The notes under the pieces were generated by a model, which saw only the letters and a program-made list of their open reading frames with translations, was not told the origin of the DNA and ran no database searches. The position numbers and the translations under genes were made by a program. Shown here piece after piece: positions 23,706 to 37,800 of a stretch of 64,000 nt of DNA (its first letter is position 1; the number at the start of each line of letters is the position of its first letter). The stretch covers positions 24,116,709 to 24,180,708 of the forward strand of contig OZ316894.1 in NCBI GenBank assembly GCA_973895155.1, given 5' to 3'. Origin of the DNA: Marsupella aquatica (taxonomy: Eukaryota; Plantae; Marchantiophyta).

Positions 23706-26700
23706 CTCCTTCAGCAGCAGACACATATCTAGCATCTAAATGCTCCTTTACTTCGTCTCGTTGCTCAACCTCCACCGTTGCTTTATCGTGCCCTTTATAA
23801 CAGTACTTATATAAATGCTTGATTGCTTTAATTGAAGAACAAATCTCCACATTGATATGAGCATTAAATCTCATGCTCAAATATGGATTATGAGGAACAA
23901 CCCACCTATTGTCAAACTTAAATCTGCTTTGATCTTTTGAGAAACTCCGACCATCATCCCGACGTCGATACATAGGATACCCATCATCTCCAAAAACAGT
24001 TTCGGATGAAAATGATCGCGGATAGCCCTTGCTGCACTGTCCATCAACCATGCAAGCCCGCATGCAAGGTGAGTTTGGATACCCGCGACCGCATGGACCA
24101 TGGACCATAGACTTCATAATAGTCTGATATAATTGGGGATGTACTTGTGCGTCCGGTATTTCTGCCGAAACCAATTCGTCAACCAACTCTGGGGTGCGCA
24201 ACTTATGTCGTTCCACCAAAATTATCAGTATGTGGGCGTGCGGCAGACCCCTCTTCTGAAATTCAATGACATACATAGAGGCAATAGGTCTACCTAATAC
24301 CCCTGTCCGAATGTCTGCCAACAGGGCCTTCAACTTAAGTTTGAACACTCTTGCCAGAATGTCATCGCGGTCAGCTGGGGTCTAGTAGGGGTAGCACTCC
24401 GCTCTGATTTCAGGCCATTCAGGATTGCACGTAAAAGTTATAAAAAGGTCTGGAGGCCCATATGTTCGAACAACCGCCATGGCATCCTGATAGGCCTGCA
24501 TCATATGTCGTGCACTACCTCCATAGGTTGATGGTAGAATATAGGTCCTACCCACATCACTTGCTCGTGCGTCCTCATTTTGAACTGCATCTTGTAGCCC
24601 TTGATACAACTCGGTCCTTAGCTTCTTTTGATTATTACGAATGTAGGTGAGTCGTGTTTGATCAATACATGCATAAGCATCCACAATGTATTGCTTGAGC
24701 AATCGTCCTCCACGAAGCAACCAATCATCTCCACGCCTTGCATGTAACCTATACGCATAGTACTGAAGTTGCGTCACCTTCTTAGAACCATTTTGCCCAA
24801 CCCTCGCTCCTGCTTCAACAGCCACAATAATTCCATCTTGGAATTCATGGCCTGCCAATGGGGTGTCGTAAGACCACCCATCCTGTCCATGAGGAAAAAA
24901 CAAAACATAATGAAGGGGAGCATACGACCGATGCCACTCGGAAATCCTTTGTAGGCCACCATTCCTCTTCCTTAGGATTATGTCCCTACCACATGTTTCA
25001 ATATCTTCCTCTCCCACCATAATTAATCACGCCAATTTCATCTATTGTGGGCTTATTATAGCACCTAGGGTCAGCATCTCGCTCTGCTATAATACGTAGC
25101 GATACCTCTGCCACCTCAGTGCCATCAGTCAATGCGGCTCCCTGCATTTTTGAAGAGCCCCACATATGGATTGTATGTATGCAGCATGTCTTGCAATGAA
25201 GCTAACACAGCATGATCCAATTGTGGCATCCTGTTCATCCTACAACCCAAGAAAAAGCCATGAGACACAACTTACTGGAAACATATACTTAGAATATGAA
25301 AGGAAAAATCTTTTAAGAATGTTGCACATATAACTTATTTACCTGTTTCCCAACTCATTTTCTGTATCATGAATATACAGCTGAGCAAATTTTGGTCCTT
25401 CTCCATCAGGCGGCAAGAGGCTACCGACACGATGATATAATGCTCCTTGGATACGAAAGGAATATGGGCCTTGATTACCACCCCTTTCATCAATTTTAAC
25501 ACCTAGGGACGTAAATGCCAATGCATTATTGTAGCCTCGAATATTCTTCCAGAATGTTGTAGCTGCGGCATCGGTACCAATCAACAAACTCCATAGAGGT
25601 TCAGGGGGATCACCAAGTTCAGACAATACCACCTTCCCTCCGGCGCAACACATGGTAAAGAATGGGTTGCGTTGCGTCCCTGACTTGCACTCTTCAATCG
25701 AATGAAGCGCTTTGCATTGTGGGCACTCAATGTTCATACATCCCAAAAGATGTCGACCCATTGAAGGGTCCAATGGCTGTCTTGCCTTCGGTAACTGTTG
25801 GATTTGTTCCAATCTTTGGCGCTTCTGCAAAACAACATGTGGATTGGGTTGAGCCGGAGTATCCGGCACAAGATTTGTGCCTCCCATTTCCTCTTGGAGC
25901 ATATGCTCAATTTCCTCTTCTCCATCTTTGTTTGACAAATCCAAGGTGCCCTCAACAAACATGTCAAATTCATCACCCCCATCATCGAGGATCAAATTTG
26001 GCCCCTCATGAAGAGCACCATCAATGAGCCAATCTTCATCAAAGACGTGAGGGTCAGACCGTTCATTGTTTGGTATGGATTCACAGGGTGGGGGTTTAGC
26101 CATAAAGGCAACCCCATCTTGTAAAGCTCCATCAATGAGCCAATCCTCTTCAAAGACGTCCAGTTGTTGTGTCCCATTGTTGGTTATGGGCTCGCACGGT
26201 GGGCCAATGGCAAAATCCTCTGGAGGCTGGTCAACCCCACATGCGTCTAAGGCACCATCAATGAGCCAACCTTCATCAAACATGGGAGAGTCCAATAATC
26301 CATTCACGGGATCTGGGCTGGTACCAATAGCGATGGATCTGGCCGATGCCTGTTGAGCAGCCCTTGCTTCATGGCGAAGCTGCCTTCCACTATTTGCGCG
26401 GGCAGATGCCAAAGTTGGTCCCCAAGTTGGTCCTGTACTTGACCCCTCAAAGGAGGCCAATGATGTTGCTGGTGCCCGCCGCGGTGCCCTTGCTTCGTGC
26501 CATAGTTGTCGACCACTAACTGTGCGGGCAGCTAGACGCCACACTTGGTGCAGTAGTTGTGGCACTTGGTTCTGGTACCAAAAGTATTGGACTTGGTGGA
26601 ATACTTGCTACGGCGACCAAAGGTCCCACAGTTGGTGTGGAAGTTGGTTGTGGCACCGTACAAACTTCAGCCCTCTCTTGTAGCCGTCGCTCAGCATATC

Positions 26701-26785
26701 GTTGGCGACATCTTGCATTTGTGACTACCCTATTCTGGGCATGCAACTCCCGATCAGCTTCCAGTCTCTCACGTGGGGTCCTCAT
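23706..26785 (-). pseudogene. Helitron Rep (HUH endonuclease) portion of Rep-Hel with frameshifts and a stop
   Basis: Zn finger CPQCKALH..CCAGG; NIRGYNNALAFTS; AQLYIHD; ILPSTYGGSARHM; motif 1 PDLFITFTCNPEW; HUH motif EFQKRGLPHAHILI; motif 3 KHLYKYCYKG. There is an intron near 25222-25342 and a stop at 24382-24384. Confidence 0.95.
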
Positions 26786-27639
26786 GGTCCAGGTTCTCTC
26801 TTAAACCCCTTCATTGTCTGCATCCAACCCACAAAACCTATGAGAATTTTGTATGCACCCAGAATCAAGCTAACAGACCCCTAACTATGTTGAACGCCGG
26901 TTGAGCCACACCTTTGCAAGAGACTCGAGACATCTGAGGAGATCCAATATCTGTCGAGGATACCGCTTACCACAATCCCTCGTCTCACCCTCCCAACCTT
27001 GGTGGCGATCATCCTACTCCCAGGATCATGTCTCTTGCCCCTATGGTTTTCACTATGCTTCCAGTTATCCCTATTTAACCATTTATCCCCGGCTTCCAAT
27101 CAAGCTCAAACTCTCATTGGGTGCCATAGAGCTCACAAAGAACTTTGGAGGGGCCAAAATAAATTGTGTAGCAACCATATTCTATGTTCGCATCCATGAT
27201 GGGTCCATGTTGGGGTCACCCATCCCGCGGCCGTAACCTTTGGGGTGAGGCCACCATCTATTACCCTTGTTTATAAATGCGGGGGACCCAACCAAATTTG
27301 TGGCAAATTAAGCATATTTCATTTTTGTGATAGGATGGCCGATTGCCATGGCCGTCACCCATGGGCGGTGGCCACCATCAATTCCGATGGTCACTGGCAC
27401 CTCAATCCGATGGTCGCATGCATCTCATTCTCCAAAATGTTAGTCCCCTTATATATACTTCTGGGGACCTGCCACCCCCGAACCACATTTAACACTCAAA
27501 TTTTGGCCTCCAACCCAAATAGTACTTGGTGCATGCATCTGATGAGCGTAGCGGGAGTCAGGCATCGCTTGACGTGCGAAGCATTTAAGCCGCCATTGTG
27601 GCAAGGACAAAGAGCCCCAAAGGTCATCGGCAAGGGCAA

Positions 27640-28820
27640 GTCAGCATTGTGGAAGTCCAGGTGTGCACATAACCGCACGGCCGCGACAGGATTTTTTTGG
27701 CCAGCCCCTGGAGTCAGCCAGCCACGGGCGAGGCAGGATTTTTTTGGCCTGAAGCCGCAGTCCAGGCGCGGGAGGGGGGTGAGGTACGGCAAGCTTGTCA
27801 CCGGCAAGCGATGGCATATAAGGCAGCAGGAGGGCACAGGCGAGCAATGTGAGGACCATGGCAGGCGATAGAGTCCAGGCGTGCACAGGGGAGGGGAGCG
27901 AGGGCGAGCAGCACGGCCATGGGCAAGTAAGGAGGGGCACTGCAGGGCCACCTCGGTCCAGGCGCACTGCGCGAGGCAGCCAGGGGCAACCGAGGGGTGG
28001 CAGGCCAGCCGTGCACAGGGGAGGGGAGTGAGGGCAAGCAGCAAGCCACGGCTACCCACGGCAAGCCACGACAAGTGAGGGGGCAAGGTAGGGCCGCCTC
28101 GGTCCAGGCGTGCCTTGTGCAGGCACGGGCGGCCAGGGGCAACCGAGGGTTGAGGTTGCAGGGCCAATGGTTGAGGGAGGAGGGGCGACGGATGGCCGTG
28201 GCAGGGCCGCCTTGGTCCAGGCGTGCTGTGCGGCTGATGACCGTGGCAGCCAGGCACGCACAAGGAAGGGGAGAGAGCTACAAGCAGCCAGCCACGGGCG
28301 AGTGAGGAGGGCCGAGGGCTGGCATTGGCAAGCAAGGAGTGGCGGGCAGCCGATGGCCATGGCAGGGCCCTCGGTCCAGGCGTGGTGAGGGATGGCCATG
28401 GTAGGGGAGCGAGGGATGGCAGCGGCAGGGCCAAGGGCAAGTGAGGTGGCAGGCAGGGGCTGCCAGCCAACAGTGGCAAAGGGCGGGCCTGGGGCGAGCG
28501 AGGGGGCAGGCCTGGGCAAGCAAAGGGGCTGGCAGGGGCTGGCACCCGACACAGCCCTCGGTCCAGGCGCTCCCAGGGATGGCCGTGGCAGGGCCCAAGG
28601 CAAGCGAGGGATGGCCGTGGCATGCAGGGCCCAAGGCAGGCGAGGGGGCAGGCAGGGCATGCAGGGGCTGGCAGGCGATGACAAAGGGCCTGGGGTATGC
28701 GAGAGGGCAGTGACGAAGGGCCTGGGGCAAGGAGGGGGCATGCAGGAGCTGACAGCCGACAACGACAAAAGGCAAGCGAATGCAGGGGCGAGGCTGCTAG
28801 ACCGGGGCATGCAATGAACT
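27640..28820. repeat. GC-rich, strand-asymmetric degenerate repeat in the Helitron 5' region
   Basis: The motif (CTCG)GTCCAGGCG recurs near 27760, 27872, 27951, 28097, 28210, 28369 and 28556. GATGGCC(G/A)TGGCA also recurs. Confidence 0.8.
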
Positions 28821-29310
28821 GACAAACGCCCCCCCCCAAAAAGCCAAAGAATCCAACGGCAATGGATCCTTCTCGCTCATATGTCATTTCGTAAACAAAC
28901 GAAAGCTCCAAAAGGGCGGCATTGAGTATATAGTGTTAGATTTACACTAATTCATATATGCAACTGCGGATTTTCATGAGACTCTGGAGCACCCAGTTTC
29001 TTTCCATTGGAAAAAAACAATTACGAGACCCACATGACAAGTCCATTCCAACAATTTTGGCCTTGGTTGGATCTCATCATGTTAGACATTCATTTATTTA
29101 TTTTTAGGTCTAGAGTTACAACTACAGCCATAATTAGACTAACATTAGTCACATACTTGGTTAAGTTAGTCATTTTGTATACTCTATGCACAAGAGCATT
29201 GTTGTTTGTGAAAAAGAACGTACTCAGGCTCATTACTATATATGAAGCTAATTGAGAGATAGCTTCTAGGGAGAAATTGGATAATCACGGAGATTCACTC
29301 TGGCCAACCT

Positions 29311-30770
29311 TGGGGTCCTCATTTATTTCATTTCTACCCATCACACAAAAGTAAGTATAGGCTTGTTACCCAGTTTGTTGTTGGGTTGACAATTAAAAAT
29401 ACTTTAATTTAAATTTATGTAGAAGAACATTAGTGTTTCAAAATCCAATTTTGAGAACTATAAGAAAAGATATGGTGAGAAAAATATTTTTTCCTAGTTT
29501 TGAGGGTTAGTGTTTAATAGCTAAAAATGTTGAATGTGATATGAGACCCCCTTTAGAGTGAGGCCCCCAAGTGACCAACGAGCTAAAGTGACGCTAAAGC
29601 TCTTGTATATTTCCTTTGACCTAGTCTCATTTGAGGTGAACCAGGTATCTCTATTTGTTGACTCGAGTGTTGACTGCTTGTTTGTCGGATGTTCATGGGC
29701 ATGTCATTATGAATGTTGTCTTTGCACAACACATCAATGGTTTCTGCCACAAACACAAACAATGGTGTTTGTGGTGACAAACAAACACAACATTTTGTGT
29801 GTGAAAAGAGGGGGAAATAAATTTTTGGTTTTGTTTTAGTTTGGTTTAGTTGAGCTTTAACCACTACTTAGATAAACTTTCCAGGCACTTTTGGTCAGGG
29901 CTCACTATGTACTAAGTTTACCACCTATTATTGAAATTTGCTATGTTCATTGACTAAAAGGGATTGAAGTCTCATATATAGTGAGACACCCTAGTAGGTT
30001 TCTTAATTTTTGCATATATGGACAGGATGGCAAATCCAACAAGGGGGACCGAGACTAGAATATATATAAAAAGGCAAGAGCCATTCATTTAGTCCTTTAT
30101 TACTAACAATACTAGCTCAAAACCTGTGCGTTGGCACATAATTACAAAGATGTCTTGAAGGAAAAAGATGTTGTGTCGCCAAGTCTTCATTGACTAAGAA
30201 AAAATAGATGTTACAGTGTCGCCCAAGCCCGCGCCCAAGATGTAGTTAAGAATTAAAAAAATGTCATGTCGCCTCAGGGGCCTCACTCCAAGAGAAGTCC
30301 CATATCACACGCAAGGCTTGTGGGTCTTATATCACCCCGCATATCAGGCTCGATAATTTTAGCTATTAAACACCCTAAAAATAAGAAGAAAATATTGAAC
30401 TATGTTTTCTACCCCTACCATTTTATAATAATATTCTAAAAATGCTTATAAAATTCATTTCTAAACCCCTATCTTTTCTTACAATTATCAGGCAAACCCC
30501 TATACTTACTTTTGTGTGATGGGTAGAAAGTAAATAAGTGAGGACCATGGGGCGCAAAGTTTTCAAGTAATAAACACTCTAAAACTTAAGAAAATAAAGT
30601 AGAATTTTACTATTTTAAACCCCTGTCCCACATTAAATGGTATTAAAAGGCCCCTATAGTTCTAATAATTCTCAAAATTAGATTAAAACACCCCTATATT
30701 TCTTGAATTAAGATTGAAACCCATAACTTCTTTGCACGCAATGGATCCAAAGAAAAGAAGTGAGGACCCT
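29311..30770. repeat. Dispersed ~230-bp repeat: one copy at ~29311-29550, an inverted copy at ~30322-30548, and a diverged copy at ~30560-30770
   Basis: tttctacccatcacacaaaagtaagtatagg (near 29331) is the reverse complement of cctatacttacttttgtgtgatgggtagaaa (near 30499). The ttagctattaaacac and gaggacc blocks are also shared. Confidence 0.7.
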
Positions 30771-33348
30771 GAGCGTGTCGCCCAAGGTGTCATTAAGAAA
30801 AACAATATCACGTCATCCAAGATATTGTCAAGGAAAAAGATGTCGTGGCACCCAAGAAGTCCTTAAGAAAAGAGATGTCATGTTGCCCAAGATGTCCTTA
30901 AGAGGAAAGATGTTGTTAAGTTAACAAGATGTCATTAAGACAAAAATTGCACAAAAGATGGTGTGGTGAGAAGAAGATGTAGAGATGAGAAGAGATATCA
31001 AAGTGAGAAAAGAATTTGAAATGAGAAAAAGATGTATCTGAGGTGAGGAGAAGATGTTGAAGTACGTGAACAAAGAATGATGCCGACGAAAAAAAGAGGT
31101 GTTGAGCTGAGAAAAAGAAGTCGAGCTGAGAAAATAAAATGTCAAGTAGAGAAAAGATGGCAAGGTGAGAAAAATATGTGAAGATGAGGAAAAGATGTAG
31201 AGGGTGAGGGAAAGATGTTGTGGTGAGATAAAAATGTGAATGTGAGAAAAAGGTCAGATGTCGTGTTGAAAAAATATGTCAATGACAAAAGAAGTCGTTT
31301 AGGTGAGGAAATTAAAGAAGTTGAGGTGAAAAAAAGATGTCAAGGAGAGAAAACATGGCAAGGTGAGAAAAATATGTAAAGATGAGGAAAAAATGTAGAG
31401 GAGAGAAAATATGTTAATGGTGAGGGAAAGATGTTGTGGTGAGATAAAAAGGTCAAGATGAGAAAAAGATAGATGTAAAGTTAGGTGCGGGGTTAGGCGA
31501 GAAAACATTTCAAGGATTGAAACAAATATCAAGGACAGAAAATATGTCGAGGGTGAGAAAAATGGTCGTGGTGAGATAAAGATGTCAATTTGAGAAAAAA
31601 GGAGATGAGAAAAGTATGTCACGACAAGGTAAATTTGTACAGTTAGAAATAGTGGTGTTCCACAACCCGTGCATTGCACATAGAAATTGGAGACGAGAGA
31701 TAAGGGTCACCGCAACATAGAGTCTAAGCACAACCAAATGATATAATTAACATATTTCTAACTTTAATTTTTTAGAGAAATCAATATTTTATTTGTACTC
31801 AAGTGTTTTTCACACTTTAAAGCTATTTTTTAAGTTTTCAATTATTTAAATCTCAATTTTCATAATTTTATAAAATTAATATTTAGATTTTGTTTTCTTT
31901 ATGTTAATCAGGTTTTGGGTAGGCTATGGGTAGCTTGGGCAGAGGTATTTGAGATTAAAAGGGGTATGGATGGATCTTAAGTTTCTAAAATAACCAAATA
32001 GTTAATAAAGGGCTAGGATTGGTTCCCATTTTTTCTTGAGTTGGTGAATGTACAATGTCTATTGTATATGGTATTATAGTGACTTTTCTCCTCCTTGTAC
32101 CAAACAATTAATTGTGCTTGATTTCATTCAATTAAATTTTCTCATAATTGCATTATGCAGTCAATATTGTTTTCTTGTGAGACGGCCTTTCCCCCATCTC
32201 AGTTCTCACTGCCTTTTTTTGGTAGCAGGTGTTCGTGGCTCTTCAATGGGCCCAGGCATTCACTCTCCTTCTAGGGCTGAGAGGCTGTTGGTATAGGGCC
32301 TCCTGTCAGGTTCCGCTTCGGTGACCCTCCTATGCGGTTTACTCTAGAGCTCTACCAGGGCTTTCAGTTCTTCACTCAGTAGGGTGTTAGCCTTCACAGC
32401 TCCTTTGTAGGTGACTTTTTGGCCTTGTGCCTTCTTTGGCTTGTGGTTGGGGACCCCTTGGCTTGTTTTTCTTGGGGCCCTTTCCCCTTTCCTTCCCCTT
32501 CATTGGGTTGTTTTGCCTTTGGGATCTTGTCTCCCCGTTCGGCGTTTGTGCAGTGTGATATATATTTCTTGTGCATCCATGATAGTAAAGTGAGGGTCCT
32601 ACTTAATACTCTTGCATGCAAGAGGCTTAGTTCCATTTTTTGTGTTTCGTCTCTACCATTGGATTCATTTTTTGTGTGAAAAGGTTGCCAGTCCTTTTGG
32701 TCCACATTATAGATAATTCACTCTTGGTCTTTTGTCTCTACCATTTGATTCCTTTAATTTTTGTGTAAAAAGATTTCCAGTCCTTTTGGTCCACGATAAA
32801 TTAAAGATCCATGCTATATTTAATTCACTCTTGGTTGTATGCCTTATATTGAATGATTATTTTGTTTATGGCACTCCAATTTTGAATGACGACCACTGCC
32901 TAAAACTGCACCTTGTTGGTATTGCCAAAGCATCATCCTACACTCCCAACACTCAAAATGAAAATGATTGGGCATCCCCCAAATCAATCTCAACAAGTGA
33001 CTAATGCCTCAAAGGTTTATGAGGGAAATTGTGGGGACCCACCTAGTGTTTATTACATTTATTAGGTACTAATATTTGTTCACTTTAATTAGTTTTCTGT
33101 GTATCATTCCACCAAGAGTTGGAGGAGGGAGATTTTGGCAGTATTTAGCCGATTAAAAAATCAGTGGCAAAACCAACTAGTTGTGTCATCTTGGCTTGTG
33201 GAAAAGGCAAATAGTTACTAAAATTGACGTCTACTGACTAACAAGGTATAGAGCGCTTATGAAACATCAAATAAGATTTTTTGATGCAAATTCAAAAATG
33301 TTATGAGCATTTTGATGTAGACAATGATTTTATAGTGTATATATTAGA
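30112..33348 (-). mobile_element. Probable non-autonomous Helitron (3.2 kb)
   Basis: Minus-strand 3' end: hairpin TGTGCCAACGCACAGG followed by ...GAGCTAG|T (CTAG at 30112-30115). Candidate 5' end A|TCTAATATATACACTATA at 33348. Contains an internal minisatellite and no coding capacity. Confidence 0.6.
30150..31625. repeat. Purine-rich degenerate minisatellite (GAGAAAAAGATGT(C/T)-like units)
   Basis: Many aaaagatgtc/aagatgttg/gtgagaaaaa units, densest in 30780-31625. Confidence 0.8.
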
Positions 33349-34875
33349 TTTAAAACTTAAAATCATCAAAAATAGGAGAAACTAAAGCCTAGATGGACTG
33401 CTAGGTTATCTCCATCTATCTCCATGGACTGTGACAGAGGACAGACCATATTACACATAATCATGGGACAGCTTAACTGCAAATGGATGGTAGGTAAATT
33501 CTGTCATTAATTGTCCACCTACATTTCAGTCATGGTAAGAACATAATGTGCACCAAATTCTGTCACGGTAAGAACGTAACACCAAAAACTGAAATTAAAA
33601 ATGTATAATTATGAAATAGAGAATGAAGATGCACATTTAACATTTCCTGTAGTTTCCGTAGCAACAAAGTATTTTAAGGTCTCCTTGTAACAAGAACAAC
33701 GTCGTATGAACAACATGATTTCCGATAGCTCTGCAGCAAAAAAAACGCTCTTTATGACAAGAACATTGCTCTCTGAAAAATATGATTCATCAACAATACT
33801 CCCCAAAAGAAAAAATCTTAAGTAGTTCTATAGCAATAAAATTAGTCAAAACACTTTTTATGGCAACAGCAATGGTCTCTGAAAAATAGGATTCCACAAC
33901 AACGCTCCCCTGGGCCCTCACTCTCTATATATTAAGTGAACCCCCCTGAGAACAGACCCCCCCTTGTACCCCTTCTTAATATTTTTTCTTCACTTGTTAA
34001 TATAAAATTATTAAATTTTGCTATTAAATTTTACCCTTTTGTAACTTATAAAAGGGTCTTTCAGATAATTGAAAATACCCTTGACTTTTTCAAATTATGA
34101 ATATCATATAAACATGCAAACTACTCAGAAACATAAATTATGTGTAATGATGTTATTTTGCATAAGAAACCTGATGTGAGTACAGGTTTCATATAGATTA
34201 ACAAAATTAGCACCAGATAATTATAGTATTGCTGGTTGCTTATAAACCTCATAAACATGAACTAATTAAATTAACACTAGAATGTTCTACTACCCTTGAA
34301 GAATAATTGCAAGTATACTATTGCATATACATGTATACTATTGAGTATGCATGACTGTATACTGTTGCTAAATTATTCTAAATATTATAAACTAAGCATG
34401 ATTCTCAGTCTGTAAAAATCTCCCTGACTCAAGTAAAGTTCTGCTTGACTCAAGTAAAGTTCCCCATGATCATGACTAAGCATGATGATCAATGTGAAGT
34501 CACTAGCTCAAATACAGTTCTTGGCAGCTTCTTTTGAACCTGATACATCAAACCACACATTAATAATTGATTTTGGACCATACTCATTACACAAGAAAAT
34601 CACTGCTGAGAAATATGAGAATAATACCATTAGGTCCTCTTTGGCTAAATTGTTACTTAGACATGCTAGGTAATTTCTCTGTCATCTTTGCAATCAAACA
34701 ATTGATTGAAATGTCAGAAGCATTATCAAAATTTCTATTCAAAAGCTTTTCATACCAATTACATACTTTTTTTTTCTTTTTTTTTGGGGAGCAAAAATCA
34801 GGTACTTACATACTTAAAAGGTACATGCAATAACCAGGCAATAACTATGACAATTGCTTACCCTGTTATATAAGA

Positions 34876-37800
34876 TTAAGGAATTTTGTTTTTGGCAAAA
34901 TTATCAAGAGCAACTGCATCATCTGGATGCAATTGAAAAACTCCTGGGCATAGTGGATCCACTGTCAAGTGAACTGTTGATATAACAGAGTCCAAATCAA
35001 TGAATTGTGGATCACACACATTGTAGGCAAATTTATTGGAGAAAACCATTGGAACATAATTTTACATGCCTCCTCACCACCAGGCCTATCAAGTAAATCC
35101 AATTCACCTCTTGCTCTGTCCTGTTTCCCACCATATTTTTTGTGTATACTTTGTATTCTGCCTATCCACCACATATATTTTGGTGTCGTATTTGAAGACA
35201 TTGCAACAGCTGCACCTCTGGGCCTCTTTGGATTTGGAACAAGATCATCTGATCTACTGCCAATTCTCTTTCCTCGTCCTTTTCCTCTCAATGTTCGTGA
35301 AATTGCCTCTGAACTTCTGGTTTCAGGAGCACTATATGTATCATCCAAAAATAATACTCCACAGTCTGAACCTACTGTAACAAACATTGTTTGAGCACCT
35401 GCCCTCACATTGGGTTTGTCCACTAAATTGTTGAAGTAGTGATTTTGCTTTATCCGGGTCAATCTGTCTTTACTGAGGAGAGGGTTCAGGGTCAGCTGGC
35501 TAACCAAAGTACTTTTGTAAATGGACCGATTTTGATCCACCACACCTTGTCTCTACAGGATGTGGAAGGGTACATTTGGAACTCAGTGCATGCATTTTGG
35601 GCAAGCTGAAGACCTTCTTGCAAAGCAATCACTATTTCTCCATTTGTTTCAATCCCTGCATAGTCCATTTGATCTGCTACAATAGGAATCCCTGCTGGGA
35701 TTGTAGTGAGCTTCATCCAAATGTTTTCATGTTTTTTGTGGCTCTTCCCTGCACCCATCATTCCTTCAGCCAGATCCATTGCAGCCAATCAATTTTGATT
35801 GGTAGCGCATTCTACTAACTCAGCCAAGTCATAACTTTGCTCATGACCATTCATACCTCCTACAGCAGAAAAAAACTGCTCACAAGCATCTGACCCAGTC
35901 AAATACAATGGTACTGGAAGATGTCAAAAATTGTCCCTGAATTGGATTACCAACAAGATCACAAAATGAACTGACATTTGAATGTCAAGGAAACTTTGCA
36001 TGGGAATGCAATTTTTTGTGAAACTGATTGGTTGTGTATTCCCTCCCACAGAATGGTTTCCATGAAAGCACCATTGACGCCATAGTCTAAAGAAAAATCC
36101 AACCTTCCCACAATGGACAATCCTCTGTCGCAAAACTCAGACTAGTATTCAGAAATATATCAATGTAGTCTGCACATATCCTAGTGTAAACTTCTGTCCC
36201 AAGAGTCTGTTCAACTCTTGCATCACCACGTTGACGAAGCATCTGTAAGGAGGACTATACTTTGCGGCTACAGAGACGTTGTGCACTAGCCCAATTTTGC
36301 CTATCTTTCCTTGACTTGTCCTCTTCATTCAAGCCATGATCACTGTTCAGGTACACCTTGTAACAAGATATGATGTGACTCAAGTTCGCCATTTCTGCTC
36401 CTAATTTCAAAATACGAGAAGTAGAATCCAATGGGTTCACTAACTTCTTCCCATTATTAATAAAATCTTGATCGTGGAGTCCATATGCATGGATCAATGG
36501 TCCAGCAGTGGTCATAGAGTGAGTCAATGTCCAAGCTTCCCACCTCAGGTCTTGTCTTGGCCCTGGTATTCCATTTCCAGAGTAGTCTTCCAGCATAAGC
36601 TTTCTCCTCCATGCATCCCCATCGCTGGCATGACCCAATAATGGCCCCACTGACTCTAGGCAATGAGTTGTCCACAGTGAGACTAGGGTATTCCATTGTC
36701 GCCTGACCCATGGAGCATCAAACTTGTTACATGTACCCATCCCCAATATGCACAATCGAGGGAATCCAGTAACAAGGGCATTTACTATCAAACACCTTGC
36801 CTGGTGAGCTACAACATAACTGTCAAATGCATCTGCAATGTTGTTGAAGCCAACTTCTCCTTCCCCCACCATGATCTCCAAACCAACACTACACTCATGG
36901 TTGGTTTTTGTCCCACAAAACCCAAGAAGAGTATCATGTTTAGGCAACCATGTGCAACCAATAGCAGGCGGTCTTTTCATTAGTTGCTTGTTCAATATTT
37001 TTGTGTAACACAAAATATTAAACAGAAAGAATGACCAGAGCAAGAGGAGGCATGAGTAGTCACCTCACAGTTCTCTTCACACAAGTCTCGTCCTCTGCCA
37101 AATAGCATGGAATGGGTCCATGAATATTTAATCGAGCTTTCAATTTGGAAAAAATTTCCGCAACAAACTGGAATTGCTCTGCATGAATTCCAACACGAAA
37201 CACTGCCATACCTCTCCTATCTCGTTGAAGGGTGTTGATAGTAGGACCAATTCCATTGGTTGCAAGACAATCAACTACATGCCTTCCACCATGTAAAAAT
37301 AGTGTTTGACAGAGAAGCTTTGTTCTAGGCTTAAAACGATATCCTGTCTTCTCTCTATTGATGTTCTGTGCTATGTCTGACAACATATCCCACAGAGCTC
37401 CTCTCCCACCAAAGGCACCTCGTTTGTGTGCTAGTATTATTGAATGACAGAATTTCAAAATAGTTGCTTTGTTTGGTTCTTGATAGTGAAGACACACTTC
37501 ACTAATGCTGGGGACCAGAGCCTTTGCCATGAGTAGCTTGTGACTCAAGATTCTCTGCAATTTTTGCTCTCTCAAAATTTGGTTCCTATAGCTTTTAGCT
37601 TGGTACTGAACCTCTGGAATAGTCAGGTAGTCTAACCGCCTACCTTTACCAGTTGTTCTACAACCTCATTTCTCACTAGCTTTGTACTCCCTGTAAACTC
37701 TGAGTCGAAAGTCCTGCTCTGTTTTTATGCTAAAACAGAGCGAACAGGTCAAGTCAATAAAACCTCCACCAAGTTCTGATATTTGCCTACAATCTCTGTG

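Larger units (their letters stand above)
1713..28940 (-). mobile_element. Autonomous-type Helitron (inactivated); 5' end at 28940, 3' part beyond the LTR at the left edge
   Basis: The minus strand reads A|TCTAACACTATATAC at 28940, a typical Helitron 5' terminus. Rep-Hel coding pieces lie at 23706-26785 and 1713-2030. The 5' boundary is less certain than the coding evidence. Confidence 0.75.

Noticed and set aside
27496-28911. Long ORFs (471 aa, 257 aa and others) in the GC-rich region
   Set aside because: Several frames on both strands are open because of low-complexity GC-rich sequence, and no domain is recognisable.
33900-33975. Candidate terminus of the P-like element (cactctctatatattaagtg..)
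   Set aside because: The partner end is outside the window, so neither TIR nor TSD can be tested.
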